Source of the DNA: an uncultured virus (IMG/VR IMGVR_UViG_3300037508_001334)
Lineage: Duplodnaviria > Heunggongvirae > Uroviricota > Caudoviricetes
Length of the DNA stretch: 64,000 nt
IMG/VR virus record: IMGVR_UViG_3300037508_001334
Direction: 5' to 3' (one strand)
Made by a program: the position numbers and the translations under genes. The notes beneath the pieces were generated by a model, which worked only from the letters and a program-made list of their open reading frames with translations, was not told the DNA's origin and did not search any database. Shown piece after piece: positions 11,101-20,129 of this stretch; positions within the stretch are counted from its first letter, which is position 1, and each line of letters begins with the position of its first letter.

Positions 11101-14100
11101 AAAAAAAATCAATTCGAAGTTCAAAAAACGGGAATAGTTGGAGTTACAAGTGATGCAAAGGTTACTTTAACTATTAATGATGATATTCCAAACAAGTTAT
11201 ATTATAAATTAACTCCAGTTTATGACGATGTTCTTCCAGAAGAAAAGAAAAAAATTAATATAGATTCTGAGGTAATTTTTAATAATCAAATTGAAATTAC
11301 TTCCAGTAAGTATAATGGAAAACAAACAATAACTTCTCTTTCATCTACATCATTTACATATACATTACCACAAACACCAGAAAATATTTTTTATGCCGAT
11401 TCCTCTTCAAATATTGAATATAACACAGATTCAATAAATGCTCTTGGTCCAATATTTGAAGTAGAAATAGTTAATAAGGGCAGAAATTATTATGCTTTGC
11501 CTGGAATTTCTACGATTGTTTCTCAATTCGGGAAAAATGCTCTGTTAGAGGCATCGAGTTATTCGATCGGAAATATTAAAAAAACAAAAATTAATGATAT
11601 TGGATTTGATTTTCCAAGTGATTTTACTCTAAGACCAAGTATTTCATTAAATCAAATTGTAAAGATAGAACCTTTATCATCACTTAAATCCGTAGGAATT
11701 AATTCTTTTGGTAGAGGTTATAATACATCACCAAAACTTTTAGTATTTGATGGAAAAACAAACGAACTTATTCCAGAAATTGATCTAAAATATACTTTAG
11801 GAAGCAATGATGTAGAAATACGCAAAAATGCATATAGTTTAAGTAATGTCTCTCCAATTATTTTACCCATACAAAATTCAAATGGTGTTGGTATAGGATC
11901 TATAAAGTATAATTCACTAAACAAAGAAGTAACTGTTACTTTATCTGTTGGATTTAGTACATCAGATTCATTCCCATTTAAAGTGAATGACAAAGTTATG
12001 ATCGAAAATGTTAGTGTGGGAGTAGGTTCGACTGGTATTGGCTATAATTCCGAAAATTATAATTATAAATTGTTCACTCTCACTTCTGTGACTGAAAATA
12101 GAGGTGGAATAGGATCTGTATCTTATAGTTTAAATGGTTTATTGTCCGAATCACAAGTTCCAGGAAATTATGATCCTGTTAATTCGTCGGGAAGAATAAT
12201 TCCTGAAAAATATTTTCCAACTTTTAATGTCGAACTGCAAAAAAATAATTACTTTATTGGGGAAAATATTAAATCTAATTCTACTTTTGGTTATGTTGAT
12301 GGGTGGAACCCAATAACAAATCAATTAAGAGCAGTATCAAAAGAAAATTTTATTCCAGGAGAGATTGTTGAAGGATTAACTTCAAAAACTCAAGGAATAG
12401 CAAGTTTAGTGGATACAACAGATTCATTTTTTAATTTAGACTCTTCATCATTAGTTAATAATGGATGGCAAACGAGTGCTGGATTCTTAAATCTCAACTC
12501 CGAAAGAATTCAGGATAGTGATTTCTATCAAAATTTCTCATATTCAATTAAATCTTCAGTAAGTTATGATTCTTGGAAAGATGCGGTTAGTACTTTAAAT
12601 CATACAACTGGATTTAAAAAGTTTTCGGAATATCAATTAGAAACAAAAAATTCTAATTCTATGTCCATAGGAATTTCTACAGAAAAAACTTATGTAGATG
12701 TTGTTGTAGATATAGTTGGATCTGCGGATTTGAATTGTGTAACAGATTTTGATTTAGTAAAAGAAAATTCTCTTTCAATTTCCGAAAGATATTTTTCTGA
12801 TGAAATCACATTTTCCAGTAGAATTCTAACTGATTATTTTGAATCTATTGGTAATAGAGTTTTATCAATTGATGATATAAGTTCACAATTTAGCAGCAAT
12901 CCAAGATTTACAAGATTTTCTGAAGTTCATAGATTTTCACTTTTTAATGCAAGAGCACAAAAATATGTTACTTTTGTAAGTGATAGAAGATTTACTGGAC
13001 AAAGACAATTAATGTTAGTTTCTTTGCTACATTCTAAAGGAGTTGGGTATCTTAATCAATATGCAAGATTAGAATCTTCATATGATTTGGGGTCTTTCGA
13101 CTTTTTTATTGAAGGAACTGAAGGAGTTCTAACCTTTAATCCAGTAAAATATTCGATTAATAATTATAATATTACTACATTATCATACAATCTAAAAGAT
13201 TCAATGCTAGGAATTGGTACATCTAGTTTTGGAGATTTTGTAATAATAAAAACTAGTAGTGAATTTGTATCTTCTGGATCAACAAGCATTGTTGGAATTG
13301 GAACAACATATAATTCTGCAAAAGTTTTAGTTGAAATTGCAGGTTCTAATGGACAATATGAATTTGATGAACTTAATATCGTACACGATGGAATTAACGT
13401 TGAATTATTGCAATATGGCCAAATTACAAATGATTCATTAAACCCATATTCTAGTTCTGGATTGGGAACTTATCATCCCTATATTTCGGGATCAGAATTA
13501 AAAATTGATTTTTATCCAAATACAGGAATTGCAGTAACGATTAATACTTTCCAAACATTATTGGGAGGAACTTTTTTCGGAATTGATGCATATGATATGA
13601 AACACGCCGAACTTCAAGGTATTTCAACTTCAATATTATCATCTATATCCCCAACTGAAACTCCTATAATTGAATATCTAAAAGATTACGATTGTTCATA
13701 TTGTTTAATTCAAGTTGCTGATACTACAAATAATAGGTATCAATTATCTGAAATTGTTCTTTTGGACGATCAAACTGATGAAAACCCAGGTGAAACGTAT
13801 ATTCTTGAATTTGGAAACATTGAAACCAATTCTGGATTGGGAACTTTTGGATTCAGAAAAAATGGTTTAGTAACAGAACTTACTTTCACTCCATTACCAA
13901 ATATTGATACTAGAATTGTTGGATTTTCTAACGCATTAAGACATCAAGATGATGAAAAAGATATATTATCACTTAATAATGGAAGTATAGAAACAAATTA
14001 TGGAACCTATTTTGGAACCGAGAGTGATATTAAACGTGATTTCCCTTTGAACCACAAAGGAAATCAAATTTTCAAAAGAGATTTTGACGGAAGTAGTCCG

Positions 14101-17100
14101 CTTATTGTAAACACTTCTTTGGATACTATCACTATTCCCAATCACTTTTTTGTTACTGGAGAAAAAATTACTTATACAAATCCAGGTGCAGGAACAACTC
14201 AATCTATAGGTATAGGTACAACTGATTTTGGTGTTGGAATAGGAATTACTAATAAATTACCATCAACAGTTTATATTGTGAAGGTTAATGAAAATACAAT
14301 TAAATTGGCAAAAAGTGCAGAAGATGCTTTAAAATTCATACCAAAAATTTTAGATTTAACGTCTGTTGGAATAGGAACTACTCATACATTTACTGCAAAT
14401 AATCAAAATGCTAAAGCGATAATTGCAATTGATAATATTATACAATCACCAATTACATCAACAGCCCAAACAACAATATTATCAAAAAATGTATTTACTA
14501 CGGACGATTTGATATATGTTGCAGGAATAACTTCATTTTTTGGTGGAGACTTGATTAAGATTGGTAATGAAATTATGAAAATTGAATCTGTTGGAGTGGC
14601 GAATACAAATATTTTTAGAGTTAGAAGACCTTGGATGGGAACGACTATTGCAGGATATTCAACGGGAACACTTGTTACAAAAGTTGTAGGAAATTATAAT
14701 ATTATAGATAATACGCTAAATTTTTCAGAAGCTCCTTATGGAAATGTTCCCCTTTCAAATTCTACAGAAAGCCCAGATGAAAGGGATTGGGTAGGGATAA
14801 CAACTAGTTCCAAATTTCAAGGGAGAACATTCCTAAAATCTGGAATATCTGATAGTGCAAATGAGACATATTACAGAAATTATATATTTGATGATATTTC
14901 GGAACAGTTTAATGGAAAAACTAAATCATTTACTTTAAAATCAAATGGATCAAATACTTCTGACATTTCATCTGAAAATTCCATCATTTTAATTAATGAC
15001 ATTTTTCAAGGTCCAGGATTAACAAATAATTATTATCTTACAGAATCTATTGGGATAACGTCTATTACCTTCGTTGGTGGTGCAACGTCAATTGCATATG
15101 ATGTTAATACTGCATCTATACCCGCTGGTGGTATAATTATTTCGGTTGGTTCTACTGAAGGTTTTGGATATCAACCTTTAGTATCTGCTGGTGGGACTGC
15201 GATTGTTTCTGGTTTGGGCACGATTTCATCTGTCAGCATTGGTAATAGTGGTTCTGGGTATAGATCTGGTCTTCAGACAGTAAGAGTTGGTGTTGCAACA
15301 TCAAGTACAGATACACTCTCAATACAATTCATTGGAACTGCAATTGTAAATAATGGGCACATTGTTGGAGTTTCAATTACAAATCCAGGAACAGGATATA
15401 CTTCTTCAAACCCACCATATGTAATAATCGATGATCCACTTTCTTATTCGGATCTGCCACTAATCTATAGTGCCGATTCTTTATCTGGATTGGGAAGTCA
15501 GGCAACTATTGATGTGGTAGTTGGACAAGGGTCAAGTGTGATAGATTTTGAAATTAAAAATCTTGGATATGGATATGGTCAGGGAGAAATACTTACAGTT
15601 TCTGTTGGTGGAACTGTTGGCATTCCTACAGATCCAACAAAAACTTTCAAAGAATTTCAAATTTCTATTCAAAAAACTATTACTGATAAGTTTACTGGAT
15701 GGTCAATCGGAGAACTTCAGGTTTTAGATACTCCTGAAAATTTATTTGATGGTTCTAGAACTATTTTCCCACTATTAGTTGCAGGATCATTGATTTCATT
15801 AAGATCTGCAATAGGATCAAACATTAATATTCAAGATAATCTTTTGGTATTTTTAAATGATGTATTACAAGTTCCTGGAATTGGGTTTGAATTTGCCGGT
15901 GGCAGTGTAATTACATTTACAGAACCTCCAAGAATTGGTGATACTTGTAAGATTATTTTTTATAAAGGAACTGGATCAGTAGATGTCATCGAAAGAAATA
16001 TTTTAGAAACTATTAAATCTGGCGATGAATTGACGATTGGTTATGATGCAATTTTAGGCCAAACCGAATTGTTACAAGAAACAGAAAGAACTGTCGATTT
16101 TCTAAAATCAGTAGATTTAGTTAAAACCTTACCTTACTATGGCCCAGGTTTATCAAATGATTCAAGATTAGTTAGACCAGTTACTTGGTGTAGACAAACT
16201 GAAGATAAAATTATCAACGAGAAGGAAGTAGGAAAAGATAGGGAATTATATGAACCAATTATTAATCCTTTTGCATATATTATTAAATCTGTTGGCATTG
16301 GTTCAACAACAATTTATGTTGATAATTTGAAACCATTCTTTGACTCTCAAAATGAAAATGATGTTTCTTTAACTTTTCAAAAGAGTATAAAACTAATATC
16401 ACAGGATCCTAAATCGGGTGCAATTGGAACTGCTATTGTTTCTGGAATGGGTACAATTTTATCTGTTGCTATTTCTGATGGTGGTGTTGGATATACAACT
16501 GCTACAGTTAGTTTCGGATCAACTATTGGAGTTAATACTTCAACTCAGGCATTTGGTTCTGCAATTATTAGTGCTGCTGGGACTGTGGCAGGAATCTCAA
16601 TTACAAATCCAGGATCTGGATATACAAGTACAAATCCACCATCTGTCCTTATATCATCACCAACACCAATTATTGAAACTAATCAGGTTTCTTCATACTC
16701 CGGAGATTCTGGAATTATAGTTGGATTTGGAACAACGACACAAGATTCAATCGATAAATTTATTTTTGATTTGTATATTCCCGAAGATTCTTTCCTCAGA
16801 AATCAATCTTTAGTAGGAACTGCAATTACTATAAGTTCACTTAATGTTAATGATTATTTTGTAGTTTACGATTCAAATGTTGGATTAGCATCAACATCAA
16901 TAAAATCATTAGATTTTGATACTAATGTTATTGGTGTAGGCACTCAATTCATAGATAATGTCTATCAGGTTGATAGTATTTTTGTTACAGAAACTGATGT
17001 GGTTGGTATTGGTACAACTTTTGTAAAACGAATCTATACTAGAATTACTGGAATTGGAATAACTATAGATTTTAGTTCTACAAATATTACTTTTGATTCT

Positions 17101-17325
17101 GAAGTATTTAAATTTGATTCTCTTAAAACTTCTGGATCTGGGTATACTGGAATTATTACAACATCACCTTCTTTTGGTAATTTTAGTTGGGGTAAAATTG
17201 ATTTAAAAAATAGAAGTGAAGAAAATCAATTTAATTTCTACGGAAATATGGGAATTGGTGGAATTACTACTTCGGCAGTAGTTCAAAGAACATCATCACT
17301 AAAATTCAGAAATTACATAGTCTAA
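5182..17325 (+). CDS. gp7: Giant baseplate wedge initiator, gp7-like (4047 aa)
   Basis: QLPSYVREEFP..FLSQYY and IKDFYQSKGT.ESFKILF N-terminus; position between gp6 and gp8; many GSGY and HG..GD.V repeats. Confidence 0.78.
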   Translation: MTEKRVQFSNIVKNQLPSYVREEFPLISEFLSQYYISQEFTSAPVDLIQNIDQYVKVDNLTNSTDYAFLSSTISDIDTTIPIDLGLNKEGTSNFPKSYGLIQIDDEIITYTGITTSSFTGCVRGFSGITSYTTQNIPDQLTFKSTESATHSKGTKIINLSSLFLKEFLSKIKYQLSPGFEDRSLYTELDQSIFLKQIKDFYQSKGTDESFKILFKVLYGKEVKVINPKENLFRPSDAHYRLTNDIVVESIFGDPSDLTNQTLYQNDYLNISYARSPITYVEKIISGIGNTYYKLSLDSGYNRDLIANGATIGKFTVHPTTKIVGPVSSGATVFDVDSTVGFPINGELLVNYGDQTTGVVTYSSKSLTQFFGCSGVTKTIPDFASIGINTYAHAYNTDGSLVKLRVTSVLNSTEILGNTRYHYKNDTSVIRTLGVNSNDVYSKDWFFNIPISYNVKSILSRGTGDTYNITTENKNIFKIGDEISIISSSGSKILSTIIDLISSSTFTIKGQGIIDLSDRYTIKKNISKTNSTYFSNISKINSNTQNVYKLGEKTLITSPSIPSYYKQTLDATDRSIVFSGTFSGNVFTITSNWDHGFYTGDCIYYTPEVIYAQSTDSEGITSTIKTTKSFLFDEGIYFVKRIDENRISLAKSRTNIFNNIFISLLDNTTVTNNKIEIYEFKFKTLNTQKLLRELSSPIDDGNVYDTKPGFTGILLNGVEILNYKSSESIYYGKIEEIEVTASGSNYDVINPPILSITDSIGTGATGFCAVRGSLQEIRIIDPGFDYLDTPIIKVTGGNGIGAKAYANMKLVEHESIFNSQGNANLIGIGSALSTIGFTTYHKFRNAERVIYKTDGQRGVGGLSTDASYFVSIIDDFTIKLHKNLDDAIVGINTITLLSYGIGNHKIKSYDQKSIIGSINIENPGSGYENKKRTTTHIGINTSLSQIEIKNHNYNSGEKVVYTTDFTPIGGLTTNTEYIVTKINDDSFKLSAIGIGSVNYDFYYNTKQYIKFNSSGLGTHVFNYPEIKVEIIGNIGISSIGNKSFNAEVQPIFRGQITSVHLTSGGIGYGSSEIINFYRQPSFVLKSGKSAQLNPIVSTDGKITEVLIDNTGSEYNSPPSLIINGTGTGAVLTPIITNNQLTSVKVIENGIGYSPESTSVDIIPSGSSAEFVAKIQSWTINLFKKYYSSITSDDGIISNGLNESFGLQYSHLYAPRKLREIIQPSDQSGNKVYGKTDLIKQNNVEVDTTSHSPIIGWAYDGNPIYGPYGYITKTGGVVTQLKSGYDRDESPKPNRPSINSFDLGFFVEDFTFYKKSDDRFLDENNGRFCVTPEFPEGTYAYFSTLEEFSDSSGKFATYKQPKFPYLIGNYFKSKPIEFNFAKKSNQDDIDLNETGWLRNTYFYNLINDEASYSYITAPNNLNQTIDVEFASPGSVESIGIVTGGQNYKVNDSIIFNNTGTQGYNLSAKISKIEGKYVSSVSVASSTISNAEIYPTGNNGDYIIIANEPHNFKNGDFVSVYGLNTTSSLIEGSYKAGISTNILSVINSGTVVTGIESAGVTGIITYIKVSGNLKYPNIKENDILSIENEKLKVLNVDSLNSRIRVIRSYQGTIGSAHTSSTQLKEDSRKLIINVGYKTSYDYRINTELYFDPIDSVGLGSLSGVGIGTTITFSNPGAGITQIFIPTKTIYIPNHGLETGDLVTYSNNGGLSLVVSSTGIGTTTLANQSNVYVAKISNDLIGISTVQVGLGSTGTFVGIASTQRSQSTLYFMGLGSGVYHSFKTNFDVISGTIERNLVTVSCSSTHGLNNNDTVYVNVNPSISTTFTVKYNDYNRKIGINPKTFVSVGVNTFTNTITIQDHQLYNGQKVIHTSSSPAGGLQSEKEYYVIRVDKNNIKLSDTFYTATIIKPIPVGITSSSFGTILPVNPPITLYKNSTAIFDLADSSLSYANQSQRYPAFSLDFYKDSNFTQKFESSKKKNQFEVQKTGIVGVTSDAKVTLTINDDIPNKLYYKLTPVYDDVLPEEKKKINIDSEVIFNNQIEITSSKYNGKQTITSLSSTSFTYTLPQTPENIFYADSSSNIEYNTDSINALGPIFEVEIVNKGRNYYALPGISTIVSQFGKNALLEASSYSIGNIKKTKINDIGFDFPSDFTLRPSISLNQIVKIEPLSSLKSVGINSFGRGYNTSPKLLVFDGKTNELIPEIDLKYTLGSNDVEIRKNAYSLSNVSPIILPIQNSNGVGIGSIKYNSLNKEVTVTLSVGFSTSDSFPFKVNDKVMIENVSVGVGSTGIGYNSENYNYKLFTLTSVTENRGGIGSVSYSLNGLLSESQVPGNYDPVNSSGRIIPEKYFPTFNVELQKNNYFIGENIKSNSTFGYVDGWNPITNQLRAVSKENFIPGEIVEGLTSKTQGIASLVDTTDSFFNLDSSSLVNNGWQTSAGFLNLNSERIQDSDFYQNFSYSIKSSVSYDSWKDAVSTLNHTTGFKKFSEYQLETKNSNSMSIGISTEKTYVDVVVDIVGSADLNCVTDFDLVKENSLSISERYFSDEITFSSRILTDYFESIGNRVLSIDDISSQFSSNPRFTRFSEVHRFSLFNARAQKYVTFVSDRRFTGQRQLMLVSLLHSKGVGYLNQYARLESSYDLGSFDFFIEGTEGVLTFNPVKYSINNYNITTLSYNLKDSMLGIGTSSFGDFVIIKTSSEFVSSGSTSIVGIGTTYNSAKVLVEIAGSNGQYEFDELNIVHDGINVELLQYGQITNDSLNPYSSSGLGTYHPYISGSELKIDFYPNTGIAVTINTFQTLLGGTFFGIDAYDMKHAELQGISTSILSSISPTETPIIEYLKDYDCSYCLIQVADTTNNRYQLSEIVLLDDQTDENPGETYILEFGNIETNSGLGTFGFRKNGLVTELTFTPLPNIDTRIVGFSNALRHQDDEKDILSLNNGSIETNYGTYFGTESDIKRDFPLNHKGNQIFKRDFDGSSPLIVNTSLDTITIPNHFFVTGEKITYTNPGAGTTQSIGIGTTDFGVGIGITNKLPSTVYIVKVNENTIKLAKSAEDALKFIPKILDLTSVGIGTTHTFTANNQNAKAIIAIDNIIQSPITSTAQTTILSKNVFTTDDLIYVAGITSFFGGDLIKIGNEIMKIESVGVANTNIFRVRRPWMGTTIAGYSTGTLVTKVVGNYNIIDNTLNFSEAPYGNVPLSNSTESPDERDWVGITTSSKFQGRTFLKSGISDSANETYYRNYIFDDISEQFNGKTKSFTLKSNGSNTSDISSENSIILINDIFQGPGLTNNYYLTESIGITSITFVGGATSIAYDVNTASIPAGGIIISVGSTEGFGYQPLVSAGGTAIVSGLGTISSVSIGNSGSGYRSGLQTVRVGVATSSTDTLSIQFIGTAIVNNGHIVGVSITNPGTGYTSSNPPYVIIDDPLSYSDLPLIYSADSLSGLGSQATIDVVVGQGSSVIDFEIKNLGYGYGQGEILTVSVGGTVGIPTDPTKTFKEFQISIQKTITDKFTGWSIGELQVLDTPENLFDGSRTIFPLLVAGSLISLRSAIGSNINIQDNLLVFLNDVLQVPGIGFEFAGGSVITFTEPPRIGDTCKIIFYKGTGSVDVIERNILETIKSGDELTIGYDAILGQTELLQETERTVDFLKSVDLVKTLPYYGPGLSNDSRLVRPVTWCRQTEDKIINEKEVGKDRELYEPIINPFAYIIKSVGIGSTTIYVDNLKPFFDSQNENDVSLTFQKSIKLISQDPKSGAIGTAIVSGMGTILSVAISDGGVGYTTATVSFGSTIGVNTSTQAFGSAIISAAGTVAGISITNPGSGYTSTNPPSVLISSPTPIIETNQVSSYSGDSGIIVGFGTTTQDSIDKFIFDLYIPEDSFLRNQSLVGTAITISSLNVNDYFVVYDSNVGLASTSIKSLDFDTNVIGVGTQFIDNVYQVDSIFVTETDVVGIGTTFVKRIYTRITGIGITIDFSSTNITFDSEVFKFDSLKTSGSGYTGIITTSPSFGNFSWGKIDLKNRSEENQFNFYGNMGIGGITTSAVVQRTSSLKFRNYIV

Positions 17326-17328
17326 ATA
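17321..17328 (+). promoter_or_regulatory. Late promoter (TCTAAATA)
   Basis: Overlaps the gp7 stop, 22 nt upstream of the next ATG. Confidence 0.65.
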
Positions 17329-17350
17329 TTTCTACAATAAAGTCGCAGTA

Positions 17351-20122
17351 ATGGCAAGACTAGGAATAAACACTGGTGCTATAGGAAATGATGGAACGGG
17401 AGACTCCCTACGTGCTGCTGGCGGAAAAATCAATAGTAATTTTCTAGAACTTTATACTTATTTGGGTGCAGGAAGTACTGACACACTTTCTGCACCTATC
17501 TGGGATAAGACAATTTCTGGTATTAACACATTAAGCAATGTTGGTATTGGCACAATTGATCCAAGATTTTCTTTAGAAGTTGGTTCGGTAGGTGCATCGG
17601 GAACTTCTTTGTGGGTTAATGGAGACGCAAGAATAACTGGAATTCTTACGGTTGGGACATCATCAATAACATTAGATGGAACAAATAATACAATTACTGT
17701 TGGTTTAGGGGTAACTATTGACGGAAATTCTGGAGTTATAAATGCTTCTTCTATTAATTTAGGGGGTGCAACTTTAACTGGAGCTGCAGTAACTTATATT
17801 ACTGCAGGTTCTGGAATTTCTGTTGATCAATCAACTGGCAATGTTACGATTACTGCAACTGGTGGTGGGGGAGGTTCTCAAACTCTCAATGATACATTAG
17901 GACTTGGCAATACCTCAAGTTTTGGAATGAGTGTTGGAGTTGTAACTGCATCTTCATTTGTAAAGACTGGAGGAACTTCAAGTCAATTTTTAAAGGCAGA
18001 TGGATCTGTTGATACGTCTACATATGCAACAGAAACTTATGTTGGTTTAGCAACTACAGGATTATTAAGTTCTACTGGAAACGGATCTTCATTAACAGGA
18101 ATTGTAACTTATATTGAAGCAGGTTCTGGAGTCTCTATAGACCAGAGTACTGGTAAAGTTACTATTACTAGTACAGGTGGAGGTGGTTCTGGAGAATCAT
18201 ATTGGGTATCAACAAACGCAGGAATTCATACACTTTCTAATGTTGGAATAGGAACCACAAATCCAACAAGCACCCTTACTGTTAATGGTAATGCATTAAT
18301 TTCTGGAGTAGTTACTGCCACAACATTTGTAGGAAACTTTTCGGGATCTATCACAGATGCAACTAATCTTACTGGTGGAACAGCAAATGCATCATCATTG
18401 AATGTCTCTGGTATTACTACAATTTCTCAAGGAAGAATTCAAGCGGATGCTAGTTCTAACTTGAGATTTGGTAATCTACCTACAGGTTCTGGAAGTGGAA
18501 GAAATATTGCAATTGGAGATCAAGTTCTTGTATCTTTGAGTGGAGGATCTGGTAGAAATATTGGTATTGGAGAACTTTCATACTATGATACAACCACTGG
18601 TCAATATAACATTGGTATTGGTGAGAGAGCAGGGCAGAAGGTTTCTACAGGTTCATATAATGTAATTCTTGGTGCCTATGATGGAAACTCTGGAAATCTA
18701 GACATCCGTACATCATCAAACAATGTAGTTATTGCTGATGGTCAAGGAAATATTCGTCAGTATATCAATTCAAGTGGCAATGTAGGTATCAAGACCACAA
18801 TAGTTACAGAAGCACTCACAGTTGCTGGTGTTGTATCTGCGACTAGTTTCCATGGAACATTAAATGCAAGTCAATTAACTGGTGCCCTTCCAGCTATTGA
18901 TGGATCTGCATTGATTAATGTAACTGGTTCTGGAAGTGGTGTTGTAGTTCGAGAAGATGGAACACCAGTTGGAACCGCTGGAACTATTGACTTTGGAAAT
19001 AATGTCAGTGTTTCTTTTGCTTCAGGTATTGCCACTGTTTCTGGTGCAAGTTCAGTATCTGCTGCAACAACTGCTTATGCACTTGCGGGAACTCCAAACC
19101 TTAATGTTGGAGTTGTTACTGCTTCCAGATTAATCAGTAATTCTTCAATTGGAATTGGCACTACAAATCCAAATGAAGAAATCCATATTTATGGCTCGGC
19201 TCCCGACATTCATATTCAATCTTCATCATCCACTGGTGCAGGACAACTTTATTTTACAAACAATTCTGGTGGAGTTGGATTCCTTGCAAAAGTTGGTTCT
19301 TCTTATAATAATATCAATTATCCCACAGTTTCTTCAAATTCACTCTCACTGTTTAATATTGATAATGCTCCATTAATTTTAGGAACCAATGATTTAGAAA
19401 GATTTAGAATTGTAGGATCTGGAAATGCTGGATTTGGGACAACAAATCCAACATCAAAACTTACAGTTTCTGGTGATACATTAGTTTCTGGTATAGTTAC
19501 GGCATCATCATTCTCTGGATCTGGTTCAGGACTCACTAATCTACCAGCAGGACAATTGACGGGATCACTTCCTGCTATTGATGGTTCTGCATTATTAAAT
19601 GTTACCGCTGCGGGAACTGGAATCGCAATTAGAGATGATAATACTCCAGTTGGATCCGCAGTAACAGTTAATTTTGGAACTGGACTTGATGTTACATTTA
19701 ATTCGGGTATTGCAACAATTACTGCTTCTGGCGGTTCTTTACAATCAAGAACCACAGTCACTGGAGTTACGACTTCAATAGTAAATAATGGAATTGGAAA
19801 TACCAACATCACTGGATTTAAGTCATATGCTCTGATGAAAGTTGGTTTATCCACTGCAGGATGGTTAAGACTATATACTGATAGCACATCAAGATCAAAT
19901 GATGCATCCAGAAGTGTTGGTATTGATCCATCACCTGGAAGTGGAGTGATTGCTGAAGTTGTTACAACAGGTATTTCAACAACTCAGATTATTTCTCCTT
20001 TTGTAATGGGCGGTAATTTAGATAATCCTGCTGATACCACAATTTATGCAGCAATCACAAATCTTTCTGGTTCTACTCAAGCAATCACAGCAAACCTAAC
20101 CATTCTTCAACTGGAGGCATAA
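17351..20122 (+). CDS. Tail-fibre-like protein with gp9/gp10-type N-terminal domain (923 aa)
   Basis: INTG..GNDGTGDSLR..G.KINSNF.ELY N-terminus; repeated NVGIGTTNP; Gly/Ser/Thr-rich internal duplications. Confidence 0.75.
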   Translation: MARLGINTGAIGNDGTGDSLRAAGGKINSNFLELYTYLGAGSTDTLSAPIWDKTISGINTLSNVGIGTIDPRFSLEVGSVGASGTSLWVNGDARITGILTVGTSSITLDGTNNTITVGLGVTIDGNSGVINASSINLGGATLTGAAVTYITAGSGISVDQSTGNVTITATGGGGGSQTLNDTLGLGNTSSFGMSVGVVTASSFVKTGGTSSQFLKADGSVDTSTYATETYVGLATTGLLSSTGNGSSLTGIVTYIEAGSGVSIDQSTGKVTITSTGGGGSGESYWVSTNAGIHTLSNVGIGTTNPTSTLTVNGNALISGVVTATTFVGNFSGSITDATNLTGGTANASSLNVSGITTISQGRIQADASSNLRFGNLPTGSGSGRNIAIGDQVLVSLSGGSGRNIGIGELSYYDTTTGQYNIGIGERAGQKVSTGSYNVILGAYDGNSGNLDIRTSSNNVVIADGQGNIRQYINSSGNVGIKTTIVTEALTVAGVVSATSFHGTLNASQLTGALPAIDGSALINVTGSGSGVVVREDGTPVGTAGTIDFGNNVSVSFASGIATVSGASSVSAATTAYALAGTPNLNVGVVTASRLISNSSIGIGTTNPNEEIHIYGSAPDIHIQSSSSTGAGQLYFTNNSGGVGFLAKVGSSYNNINYPTVSSNSLSLFNIDNAPLILGTNDLERFRIVGSGNAGFGTTNPTSKLTVSGDTLVSGIVTASSFSGSGSGLTNLPAGQLTGSLPAIDGSALLNVTAAGTGIAIRDDNTPVGSAVTVNFGTGLDVTFNSGIATITASGGSLQSRTTVTGVTTSIVNNGIGNTNITGFKSYALMKVGLSTAGWLRLYTDSTSRSNDASRSVGIDPSPGSGVIAEVVTTGISTTQIISPFVMGGNLDNPADTTIYAAITNLSGSTQAITANLTILQLEA

Positions 20123-20129
20123 GTAACAA

